A DNA stretch of 64,000 nt from the NCBI GenBank assembly GCA_041397525.1, contig JAWKWL010000006.1, forward strand, positions 191,064 through 255,063, given 5' to 3'. This document shows positions 46,535 to 55,643 of the stretch, piece by piece (the first letter of the stretch is position 1; each line of letters opens with the position of its first letter). Both the position numbers and the translations under genes were made by a program. Source of the DNA: Nitratireductor sp. (GTDB taxonomy: Bacteria; Pseudomonadota; Alphaproteobacteria; Rhizobiales; Rhizobiaceae). The notes below the pieces were generated by a model that made no database searches, was not told the origin of the DNA, and was given only the letters and a program-made list of their open reading frames with translations.

Positions 46535-46754
46535 GCTTGTGTCCCCGAATGCGTTTGCGAAGCGCCAAACCTAACAAAAGTTTAATGAAAAATCACCGCC
46601 GTGTGAAAATCGCGATATTGAAACTGCGCAATCGCTGCCCCAATTCATGGGTGTGGCCGGGAGACCGGTCATTCTGCCCCAGCCTGTCCCCCGCTGGTGC
46701 GGAAGCGCAGCGCCCAGAGCCCAACAACGGGCGTTGCGAAACCTGACACGGACT

Positions 46755-46858
46755 GCCGTGGCCAACTCCCCCACCCGCCGACAGGCCACGGCGGTCCGGT
46801 TCAGACCCTCAAGTGAAGACCTCCAAACAAGTCTGGCCGCATCAGCGGCCATTTTTTT
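46755..46858 (+). ncRNA. candidate small RNA or 5' leader/attenuator: 9-11 bp stem with C/U-rich loop plus intrinsic terminator
   Basis: Hairpin 1 is GCCGTGGCC (46755-63) / GGCCACGGC (46784-92) with loop AACTCCCCCACCCGCCGACA. Hairpin 2 is the terminator at 46834-46858. No credible plus-strand CDS upstream. The 5' end is undefined. Confidence 0.3.
46834..46858 (+). terminator. intrinsic terminator with no upstream plus-strand gene
   Basis: TGGCCGC-ATCA-GCGGCCA followed by TTTTTTT. Confidence 0.6.
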
Positions 46859-46934
46859 GCCCTGGCCGGTATGTTGCCATTGATTTGGGTCGCGAACGGG
46901 TGAAACTGCGCGGGTTCAAGCATTGGAGTGAATC

Positions 46935-48317
46935 ATGAGCGGCACAGCTGAAGTCCTTTCCGAAATCGACGAGTCTCTGGATGATGCGATTGCGAGACTG
47001 TTCGATCTTGTAAAGATCAGGAGCATATCGACCGACCCGGCTTTTGCCGGCGAGTGCCGCAGTGCTGCCGTCTGGCTAGTGCAAGATCTTACCGGCATCG
47101 GGTTCGAGGCGCGGGTTGTCGATACGCCCGGTCATCCCATGGTGCTGGCGCATTACAAGGGGCCACAGGGCGCGCCACATGTGCTGTTTTACGGCCATTA
47201 TGATGTCCAGCCGGTGGATCCGCTGAATTTGTGGACGAACCCGCCTTTCGAGCCGCAACTCAAGGATGGCGCATCGGGCAAGATCATGACCGGGCGAGGC
47301 ACTTCCGACGACAAGGGCCAGCTGATGACCTTTGTCGAGGCGGCGCGCGCCTGGAAGAAGGTTGCGGGTGCCCTGCCGGTATCGGTGACAATCCTGTTCG
47401 AGGGCGAGGAGGAATCGGGTTCGCCCTCGCTGAAGCCGTTTCTCGAAGCCTATCGCGAGGAGCTGAAGGCGGATATTGCGCTCGTTTGCGACACCAACAT
47501 GTGGGACAGTGATACGCCAGCGATCTCGACCGGATTGCGAGGCCTTGTCGGCGAGGAAATCACCATTCATGCCGCGAGCCGCGATCTGCATTCAGGATAT
47601 TACGGATCGGCCGCCGCAAACCCGATCCGGGTGCTTTCGCGCGTCCTTGCCGGTCTGCATGACCACAATGGCAGGGTGACGCTGCCGGGGTTTTATGACG
47701 GCGTCAGCGAGACTCCGGCGGAAATCCTCAAACAATGGGACAATCTGGGTTTTTCGGAGAAAGCGTTTCTCGGCGATATCGGGCTATCTGTGCCGGCAGG
47801 CGAGAAGGACCGCAGCGTGCTGGAGCAGACCTGGGCCAGACCCACGGCTGAATTCAACGGCATTACCGGCGGCTATACCGGTGACGGTTTCAAGACCGTG
47901 ATCCCGGCGAAGGCCAGCGCCAAGGTTTCATTCCGGCTGGTGGGCACGCAGAATCCGGAAGCGATCCGCAAGGCGTTTCGCACCTATGTCAATGCCAGCC
48001 TGCCTGCCGATTGCCGGGCCGAGTTTCACGCGCATGGCGGCAGTCCTGCGATCTCACTCGACATCAACCTGCCGGAACTGAAAAAGGCCACCGCTGCGCT
48101 GAAGGATGAGTGGCAACGCGATACCGCGCTCATTGCGATGGGCGGGTCAATCCCGATTGTCGGCGACTTCCAGACGATTCTCGGGATGAACAGCCTGCTG
48201 ATCGGCTTTGCCCATGCCAGCGACAATATCCACTCACCCAATGAGAAATATGATCTCAAGAGTTTCCACAAGGGAATACGCAGCTGGGCACGGATATTGA
48301 AGGCGTTGGCCGGATGA
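46935..48317 (+). CDS. M20/M25/M40-family metallopeptidase (dipeptidase-like)
   Basis: 460 aa: VLFYGHYDVQP, GRGTSDDKG, FEGEEESGS and HSPNE motifs. Confidence 0.85.
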   Translation: MSGTAEVLSEIDESLDDAIARLFDLVKIRSISTDPAFAGECRSAAVWLVQDLTGIGFEARVVDTPGHPMVLAHYKGPQGAPHVLFYGHYDVQPVDPLNLWTNPPFEPQLKDGASGKIMTGRGTSDDKGQLMTFVEAARAWKKVAGALPVSVTILFEGEEESGSPSLKPFLEAYREELKADIALVCDTNMWDSDTPAISTGLRGLVGEEITIHAASRDLHSGYYGSAAANPIRVLSRVLAGLHDHNGRVTLPGFYDGVSETPAEILKQWDNLGFSEKAFLGDIGLSVPAGEKDRSVLEQTWARPTAEFNGITGGYTGDGFKTVIPAKASAKVSFRLVGTQNPEAIRKAFRTYVNASLPADCRAEFHAHGGSPAISLDINLPELKKATAALKDEWQRDTALIAMGGSIPIVGDFQTILGMNSLLIGFAHASDNIHSPNEKYDLKSFHKGIRSWARILKALAG

Positions 48318-48318
48318 A

Positions 48319-49461
48319 TTATTCAGCCGGCTGAAGCACCGGGTTTCCGGGTCTGGCTTTCCGTGGCTTTTCAATCATCGCCCATTGCGGCCGCTTGAAC
48401 AGGAAGGTTCCATAACCGGTCTTCATGACAATGGCATGCAGGATTACCGGACCCACCACGCCGCTGATCGTGACCAGAAGGGAAACGGTGCCGATATCAA
48501 GGAATGGCGCGAATTTGAGAAGCACAGCACGCGACACCGCCATGGGCAGGAAGAAAGCCAGATAAACCACAATCGAATTGCGCCCGAGATAGCCCAGAAA
48601 TCCGGTTCCGCGAAGGGTTGAGAGCAGCGATGTCAGCAGGATTACAGCAACAGCGCCAGCACCGCCCAGCAGCAAGGATACCAGCGGCAGGTCGGAGAAA
48701 AATTGTGATCCGGCGTGGCTGGCCAGTTCGGCAAATTGTGCCGGCATCGGTGTGAAGGTTGCCAGCAGATTGGCCAGGAACCAGCCCGCAAGCAACAGCA
48801 CAGCAGGGCCGCGATTGGCCACAGCCCAGTCAGACAAGGAAAAGATGCGACCCGCAAACATGTAGCCAGCCAGGAAATAGACATAGCGCGAGGCAAACTC
48901 GTCGATCATCAACCATCCGCTGTGGATTGGCAGGATTTCGAGAAGTGCGGCGAACGCCAGGACCAGAAGCCAGTTGAACCGTTTCAGCAACCTTGTCACG
49001 ACGAAGAACACCGGCAGCATGTAGATGAACCAGAGAGTACCGAAGGGTTCGATGAAACTCATGGCGAAGAAATTCGCCAATTCGCCCGGCGTCTTGCCTT
49101 CGGCCATCCATCCCGGTGCCTTGATAGCGAACTGGATGCAAAGCCACAGCACATAGAAATAGAGGAAGTGAACAACCTTGCGATCAAGATAGCGTTGCCA
49201 TGGCCTGTCGATCACGAGACCCAGAAACAAGCCGGAGATCAGGAAAAAATCCGGCATTCGAAAAGGTTTGGCAAACTGCACCAGATAATGCATCCAGCCT
49301 TCGCTACCGGCTGCGACTTCGACCCCGAGGGTCGAATGCATCATCACCACAAATATGATGCAAAAGCCCTTGGCGTGGTCGACCCATCCTACACGGGAAC
49401 TGGATGTAGCGGGTTGGGTGAAGCGAGATTGAGCTGGCAGCATTGCGGCACCTGACTGCAT
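48319..49461 (-). CDS. acyltransferase family 3 integral membrane protein
   Basis: RVGWVDHAKGFCIIFVVMMHS... and about 10 TM segments. Start at 49461 or 49443. Confidence 0.75.
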   Translation of the reverse strand: MQSGAAMLPAQSRFTQPATSSSRVGWVDHAKGFCIIFVVMMHSTLGVEVAAGSEGWMHYLVQFAKPFRMPDFFLISGLFLGLVIDRPWQRYLDRKVVHFLYFYVLWLCIQFAIKAPGWMAEGKTPGELANFFAMSFIEPFGTLWFIYMLPVFFVVTRLLKRFNWLLVLAFAALLEILPIHSGWLMIDEFASRYVYFLAGYMFAGRIFSLSDWAVANRGPAVLLLAGWFLANLLATFTPMPAQFAELASHAGSQFFSDLPLVSLLLGGAGAVAVILLTSLLSTLRGTGFLGYLGRNSIVVYLAFFLPMAVSRAVLLKFAPFLDIGTVSLLVTISGVVGPVILHAIVMKTGYGTFLFKRPQWAMIEKPRKARPGNPVLQPAE

Positions 49462-49745
49462 GGATTTTCACATCCTGATACCGGCATCTGAAAAGTGGTC
49501 TTTCCGCCTTGTCCGATGCCTGGGGCAATTTCATTAAAACTATCGCGGTTTTCCAAAAGACCGCGTTAACCTGATCGTTGCAATTTTACGCAAATGTGCT
49601 TTTGGCGGCGCTTTCAAGCAATTGTGGGCGGGTTTCGAGGAATGTCCGGATGTTTCCGGCTCATGATGTCGCCGCATTCGAACGGCACAGCCTCGGGCCA
49701 ACGTTCTGAACAACCTGTCTGAAACGACGGGAACAAAGGGCAGCA

Positions 49746-52028
49746 ATGGCACAAAAAGGCAAACGCAGCGGGAGAATCGAACCGGGCTTCGAACGGCCAC
49801 GTAGCCGCCCGGAGCTTGACTTGCGGCTGGATGCCTCCGACCGCGTATTGGCGCAGGCCTCCGGCGGCAAAGCCAATGCTGGCAAAAGGCTTGCGCGCAT
49901 AGAACCTGCCCCGGACCGCCCGAATGAACGAACCCGAGAAAAGACAGAGAGCCGACGGGTGATGCCTGCCGACCGTCCGCGGCGAAAATCCGCTTCGGGC
50001 AGACAAGGAAAACCCGTCAAGCGGTTCTCCAGGCTTCGCAAACTGGTCTATTGGTGCCTCGTGCTGGGTGTTTGGGGCAGCGTGGGTCTTGCCTGCCTGT
50101 TCGGATACTACGCTGCCCGGTTGCCGCAAATGAGCACATGGTCGGTGCCGGAGCGCCCGCCAAATGCCCGCATTGTTTCTGTTGACGGGGAACTGCTTGC
50201 CAATCGCGGCGCGACAGGCGGTGAAGCCATGCGCCTTGACGAGATGTCACCCTATCTGCCGCTCGCTGTGATCGCGATCGAGGACAGGCGGTTCAAATCC
50301 CATTTCGGGCTGGACCCGCTCGGCCTTTCCCGCGCCGTTGTCACCAATCTTGTCTCCGGACGGCTGGTGCAAGGTGGGTCCACCTTGACGCAGCAATTGG
50401 CCAAGAACCTGTTTCTCGAGCCGGAACGCACATTGGAACGCAAGGTGCAGGAAGCGGTACTGGCAGTCTGGCTGGAAACGAAGTTCAGCAAGGACCAGAT
50501 CCTCGAACTCTATCTCAACCGGGTCTATTTCGGCTCTGGCGCCTATGGTGTCGATGCCGCAGCGCGCCGCTATTTCGGAAAGTCGGCGCGAGACTTGAAC
50601 CTAGCCGAGGCTGCAACCATTGCCGGATTGCTCAAGGCCCCATCGCGGTTGTCCCCGGCCCGCGACCCAAGGGCTGCGGAAGAACGGGCGCAAGTGGTGA
50701 TGGGAGCCATGCGGCGCGAGGAGTTCATCACGGATCGCGAGGCTGCACAGGCGATGTCGATGCAGCCTGGCCGGGCCAAGCGCTACTGGAGCGGATCGCA
50801 GCATTATGTAGCCGACATGATCATGCAACAACTGCCAGCACTCATCGGCGAGGTCAGGCAGGACGTGATTGTCGACACGACTGTTGATCTTGACCTGCAG
50901 CGCAATGGCGAGAGTGCTGTCAGGGAAATTCTGGAACGAGACGGTGCCAAGAGGAATGTCAGCCAGGCAGCGCTTGTTGCGCTCGATGGAACCGGTGCCA
51001 TCCGGGCCCTGATCGGCGGCAGCGAGTATTCGCATAGCCAGTTCAACCGTGCCACCGATGCCAGGCGCCAGCCCGGCTCCGCCTTCAAGCCGATCGTCTA
51101 TCTGGCCGCGCTTGAAGCAGGGCGCAGTCCCGATTCTGTGCGTCAGGACGCGCCGGTGAAGATCGGTAACTGGACGCCTGAAAACTATGACCGGAAATAT
51201 AGGGGTCCTGTCACGCTTTCTGACGGCTTGACCAACTCGCTCAACACCATTGCTGCACAGCTGGTGATGGAAGTAGGCCCGAAAGCAGTGGTGGAAACCG
51301 CGCACCGGCTCGGCATCAGCTCCGAATTGCAACGCAATGCCTCAATTGCGCTAGGAACGTCGGAAGTCTCGTTGCTGGAACTCACCAGTGCCTATGCCCC
51401 GTTTTCCAATGGCGGTTATGGTGTAACGCCGTTCCTGATCCGCCGTGTCACCACGGCGAATGGTGAAGTGCTGTATGATCGCAATGCCCCGGCTTCAGCG
51501 CAGGTCGTACGCCCGCGTGAACTGGGGATGATGAATTCGATGCTGATGCGGGTCCTGCGTTCGGGAACCGGAAAGGCGGCGAGGATTCCAGGCTGGCAGG
51601 CTGGCGGCAAGACCGGGACAACCCAGAATTCCCGCGATGCGCTGTTTGTCGGCTATACAGCGAACCTGGTCAGCGGTGTGTGGCTCGGCAATGATGACGG
51701 AACACCCATGAACAAGGTGACCGGCGGGTCGCTGCCAGCGGAAATCTGGGGCAAATTCATGATCGCCGCGCACCAGGGCGTTCCTGTTTCCGATCTCCCC
51801 GGCGCCTATGTTCCCGAAACCGCCGCCCTGCCACAGCAGCGGCCATCGGTACCGATTGCGGGCACTCGGAACGCCACGAACAATGCGGCACCCATTCCCG
51901 GACCAATTGCGGGAAACGACACGGGGCCACGTCCTGCCGGAAGCCTTGGCGACAGCGGACGCGAGCAAAAGCGCAAGCCGCGCGGCATTCTCGATCTGCT
52001 GTTCGGACCAAAGCAAAACCCCGGCTAA
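49746..52028 (+). CDS. class A penicillin-binding protein (bifunctional glycosyltransferase/transpeptidase, PBP1A family)
   Basis: GT51 motifs AVIAIEDRRFKSHFGLD and GGSTLTQQLAKN. Transpeptidase motifs RQPGSAFKP, SLN and KTGTT. Basic N-terminal tail plus TM. Confidence 0.9.
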   Translation: MAQKGKRSGRIEPGFERPRSRPELDLRLDASDRVLAQASGGKANAGKRLARIEPAPDRPNERTREKTESRRVMPADRPRRKSASGRQGKPVKRFSRLRKLVYWCLVLGVWGSVGLACLFGYYAARLPQMSTWSVPERPPNARIVSVDGELLANRGATGGEAMRLDEMSPYLPLAVIAIEDRRFKSHFGLDPLGLSRAVVTNLVSGRLVQGGSTLTQQLAKNLFLEPERTLERKVQEAVLAVWLETKFSKDQILELYLNRVYFGSGAYGVDAAARRYFGKSARDLNLAEAATIAGLLKAPSRLSPARDPRAAEERAQVVMGAMRREEFITDREAAQAMSMQPGRAKRYWSGSQHYVADMIMQQLPALIGEVRQDVIVDTTVDLDLQRNGESAVREILERDGAKRNVSQAALVALDGTGAIRALIGGSEYSHSQFNRATDARRQPGSAFKPIVYLAALEAGRSPDSVRQDAPVKIGNWTPENYDRKYRGPVTLSDGLTNSLNTIAAQLVMEVGPKAVVETAHRLGISSELQRNASIALGTSEVSLLELTSAYAPFSNGGYGVTPFLIRRVTTANGEVLYDRNAPASAQVVRPRELGMMNSMLMRVLRSGTGKAARIPGWQAGGKTGTTQNSRDALFVGYTANLVSGVWLGNDDGTPMNKVTGGSLPAEIWGKFMIAAHQGVPVSDLPGAYVPETAALPQQRPSVPIAGTRNATNNAAPIPGPIAGNDTGPRPAGSLGDSGREQKRKPRGILDLLFGPKQNPG

Positions 52029-52079
52029 AGCCGGGATTTCAACTGTCACTAGGATTGCAGCTGATTGGCAGTTGCGCAA

Positions 52080-52541
52080 TCAGTCGAGTGCCGGAATACG
52101 CAGGACCTGGCCGGGATAGATCAGGTCCGGATCCTTGAGCATCGGCTTGTTGGCCTCGAAGATCACGTTGTATTTCGGACCCTTGCCCTTGCCATAATTG
52201 CGCTCGGCGATCTTCCACAGGTTGTCGCCCTTCTTCACGGTGTAAAACACCGGATCGGCAGGTGCTGAATCTCCGGCAGCGGCAACCTTGATCTCACCTG
52301 CTTCCACCTTGGAAACACCAAGCGTGTTGCCAACGGCAATGACTGCTTTTTCAAAAATGCTCTGGTCAGCGACTTCGCCCTTGATGACAGCCGTATCGCC
52401 CTTGATCTCGACCTGTACCTTTTCGGTGCCGAGGCCATGGCTGTCGAGCTCCTTCTTCAGTTCATCTGCTGAGGGTGCCTCTTCTTCCGAACCGATTCCG
52501 AGCTTCTTGCCCACGGACTTCACAAAATCAAAAATTCCCAA
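52080..52541 (-). CDS. BON + LysM domain protein (YgaU/Kbp-like)
   Basis: TTG at 52541 with AGGAGG 5 nt upstream gives MGIFDFVKSVGKKLG... BON-like middle region. C-terminal LysM: YTVKKGDNLWKIAERNYG...IYPGQVLRIP. Confidence 0.8.
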   Translation of the reverse strand: MGIFDFVKSVGKKLGIGSEEEAPSADELKKELDSHGLGTEKVQVEIKGDTAVIKGEVADQSIFEKAVIAVGNTLGVSKVEAGEIKVAAAGDSAPADPVFYTVKKGDNLWKIAERNYGKGKGPKYNVIFEANKPMLKDPDLIYPGQVLRIPALD

Positions 52542-52697
52542 AACTGCCTCCTGTCGCAATTGCATCATGCATCGTGCTGCGTTCGCAGCGGCACGAATGC
52601 CCCTGGGTCAAATCTTGCATTTGAAATGCGCTACGGGCAAGCAAAAAGCCCCGCAACACGTGATACAATGCGTTCCCCGCAGTCACCAACCTGCAGA

Positions 52698-54344
52698 TTA
52701 CTCTGCTGCCTGAATGCTGGCTGGAGCCGCCTCTAGTACGGCATCATCAACATGATCCTCGAATTTGGCGAAATTCGTGATGAACATCGACACCAGCTTA
52801 CGGGCCTGCGCGTCATAGGCAACCGGATCAGCCCAGGTGGAGCGTGGATCAAGAATGGAAGCGTCAATGCCGGGTACGGTGACCGGCACCGCAAAGCCGA
52901 AATTGTCGTCAATGCGGAAATCGGCATTGTTGAGTGACCCGTCGAGGGCAGCAGTCAGAAGTGCGCGGGTAGCGGCAATCGGCATGCGCCTGCCGACGCC
53001 GTGCGGTCCGCCGGTCCAGCCGGTATTGACCAGCCAGCATTTCACGCCATGGCTGGAAATGAGATCACGCAGCAGATTGCCATATTCGGAAGGATGGCGT
53101 GGCATGAAGGGAGCGCCGAAGCAGGTGGAAAAGGTTGCCTGCGGCTCTGTCACGCCCTTCTCGGTTCCGGCGACCTTTGCCGTGTAACCAGACAGGAAGT
53201 GGTACATTGCCTGGGCGGGCGTCAGCTGTGCAATGGGAGGCAAGACCCCGAATGCGTCAGCCGTCAGCATGATGATGTTGCGCGGATGCGCAGCAATTCC
53301 GGTTGCCGAGGCATTGGGAATGAAATCAAGCGGGTAGGCGCATCTGGTATTTTCCGTCAGTGAGCCATCGTCAAAGTCTGGAACTCGCGATTCATCCAGA
53401 ATGACGTTTTCCAGCACCGTACCGAAACGCTGGGTGGTCGCGAAGATTTCCGGTTCCGCCTCTGCGGAAAGACGAATGGTTTTTGCATAGCAGCCACCTT
53501 CGAAATTGAAGATGCCGTCAGCGCCCCAGCCATGCTCGTCGTCACCGATCAGCGTGCGCGAGGGATCAGCCGACAACGTTGTCTTGCCGGTACCGGAAAG
53601 ACCAAAAAACACGGCCGAATCTTCCTTCGAGCCGGTATTGGCCGAGCAATGCATCGGCATCACGCCTGATTGGGGAAGCAGGAAGTTGAGGAAAGTGAAT
53701 ACAGATTTCTTCATTTCACCAGCATAGGAGGTGCCGCCGATGAGCACGATATTGCGGGTGAAATCGCAGGCGATCACGGTCTCGGTGCGACAGCCATGGC
53801 GCTCGGGATGTGCACGGAAGCTCGGCAGGTCGAGGATCGTCATCTGCGGCAGATAGGATTGCAGGCTGTCGCGATCCGGGCGGATCAGGAGATTGCGGAT
53901 GAAAAGCGAGTGCCAGGCAAATTCGGTGATCACGCGCGATGCGATGCGGTTTGCCGGATCAGCGCCGCCGAAAAGGTCCTGGACATAAAGCTCGCGTCCG
54001 CGTGCATGGGCAAGCATGTCGTCGAGCAGCGTCTCGAACTTGCGCGGATCCATCGGCTTGTTGTTGTCCCACCATACGGTGTTTTCGGTCAGCGCATCAC
54101 GGACAACGAACTTGTCGAGCGCGGAGCGACCGGTATGCTGGCCGGTTTCGACTACCAGCGCGCCACCGGCGGCAATGCGGGCTTCACCGTTGCGAATCGA
54201 ATGTTCGTAGAGTTCGGGCGCTTCCAGGTTCCAGTAAACCGACTTCAGGTCCTCCAGCCCGAATGTATCGAGACCGCAGTCCACATTGCGGGTTCCGATG
54301 TTCAACTGATCGGCGCCGGTTGCCTTGATTGCTGCCTGCGTCAT
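52698..54344 (-). CDS. pckA: phosphoenolpyruvate carboxykinase (ATP)
   Basis: 548 aa: [41 protein letters not shown] and [10 protein letters not shown]. Confidence 0.95.
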   Translation of the reverse strand: MTQAAIKATGADQLNIGTRNVDCGLDTFGLEDLKSVYWNLEAPELYEHSIRNGEARIAAGGALVVETGQHTGRSALDKFVVRDALTENTVWWDNNKPMDPRKFETLLDDMLAHARGRELYVQDLFGGADPANRIASRVITEFAWHSLFIRNLLIRPDRDSLQSYLPQMTILDLPSFRAHPERHGCRTETVIACDFTRNIVLIGGTSYAGEMKKSVFTFLNFLLPQSGVMPMHCSANTGSKEDSAVFFGLSGTGKTTLSADPSRTLIGDDEHGWGADGIFNFEGGCYAKTIRLSAEAEPEIFATTQRFGTVLENVILDESRVPDFDDGSLTENTRCAYPLDFIPNASATGIAAHPRNIIMLTADAFGVLPPIAQLTPAQAMYHFLSGYTAKVAGTEKGVTEPQATFSTCFGAPFMPRHPSEYGNLLRDLISSHGVKCWLVNTGWTGGPHGVGRRMPIAATRALLTAALDGSLNNADFRIDDNFGFAVPVTVPGIDASILDPRSTWADPVAYDAQARKLVSMFITNFAKFEDHVDDAVLEAAPASIQAAE

Positions 54345-54896
54345 CGCCTGTTCCTTCCACGATGGTCAATACAAAAATCGTCAATCGGACATTTCCTCCA
54401 GGATGGTTCTGGCGAGAATTACCGGAAGCTTGACTTTCTGTGACGGGCTATACCCAAATGACGCCTGGGTTACAAGCACTCCACGCGAAAAGCTCAATCT
54501 TTTCAATTATTTAATCGATTTAAAATTTTAAACGGTTGAATTTTTCATTTGCCAGTTTCCGGTGCAAAAGCGATCCGATTTCAAAAAAATTAAACAAAAT
54601 CCGCGACTTGCCGGTTCGTTGCGATCGGGGAAAGGAAAACTTCATCAAACCAAATGGTTGTTGACGCACGAGATGCCGCAGCTGGCCAGGCAGGCGGCCT
54701 GTGGCACGTCCCGGGCCCAGCCCCCCGGAGACAGTAAATGCAATGGTCTTGGCAACCAGTGCGGGAGCGGTCAAAATCCGTTGTCACAATTTGTGCGTAT
54801 TTTTCGAGCCTTTGCACCAGACGCATGCCATAGTCGGGTTCTGGTGCCCGGTATTGTGGCAGGCGGGAACAGGAATTGGCCAAGGAGGTCCAGCGA

Positions 54897-55604
54897 ATGC
54901 CGACAATCGCTCTTGTCGACGACGACCGCAATATTCTCACTTCTGTATCCATAGCACTCGAATCCGAAGGCTATCGCGTGGAAACCTATACTGATGGCGC
55001 TTCTGCGCTGGACGGCCTTTCGGTGAGGCGTCCGGACCTTGCGATCTTCGACATCAAGATGCCGCGCATGGATGGCATGGAACTGTTGCGCCGCCTGCGT
55101 CAGAAGTCGGACCTGCCGGTAATCTTCCTGACTTCCAAGGATGACGAGATTGATGAACTTTTCGGCCTGAAAATGGGGGCCGATGATTTCATCCGCAAAC
55201 CCTTCTCACAACGACTGCTGGTAGAACGTGTCAAGGCCGTGTTGCGCCGGGTCGGCGCGGTGCCTGAAAGCGGCGCGCGCGCTGGTGTCACGGGCGAAGC
55301 CAAAGTGCTGGAGCGCGGAAACCTGGTCATGGACCAGGAGCGCCACACCTGCTCATGGAACGGCAAGAATGTGACTTTGACAGTCACGGAATTCCTGATC
55401 CTGCATGCTCTGGCGCAACGGCCGGGCGTGGTCAAGAGCCGCGATTCCCTGATGGATGCGGCCTATGACGACCAAGTATATGTTGATGATCGAACCATCG
55501 ACAGCCATATCAAGCGGCTGCGCAAGAAATTCAAGGTGGAAGACGACAGCTTCGACATGATCGAAACCCTGTATGGCGTGGGTTATCGCTTCAAGGAAGC
55601 ATAA
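54897..55604 (+). CDS. chvI: OmpR-family response regulator ChvI/BvrR
   Basis: [34 protein letters not shown]... ATG at 54897 with AAGGAGG upstream. Followed by chvG and hprK, as in Rhizobiales. Confidence 0.9.
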   Translation: MPTIALVDDDRNILTSVSIALESEGYRVETYTDGASALDGLSVRRPDLAIFDIKMPRMDGMELLRRLRQKSDLPVIFLTSKDDEIDELFGLKMGADDFIRKPFSQRLLVERVKAVLRRVGAVPESGARAGVTGEAKVLERGNLVMDQERHTCSWNGKNVTLTVTEFLILHALAQRPGVVKSRDSLMDAAYDDQVYVDDRTIDSHIKRLRKKFKVEDDSFDMIETLYGVGYRFKEA

Positions 55605-55643
55605 GCACCGCAATCTGCCGAAAACCGGCCGTCGGAAAACGGG

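Noticed and set aside
46571-46852. 93-aa minus-strand ORF, and plus-strand ORFs 46504..46746 and 46647..46883, in the osmC / peptidase spacer
   Set aside because: They have no SD, overlap one another in different frames, and have Arg/Ala/Trp-rich composition. The region is better explained by RNA structure plus a terminator.
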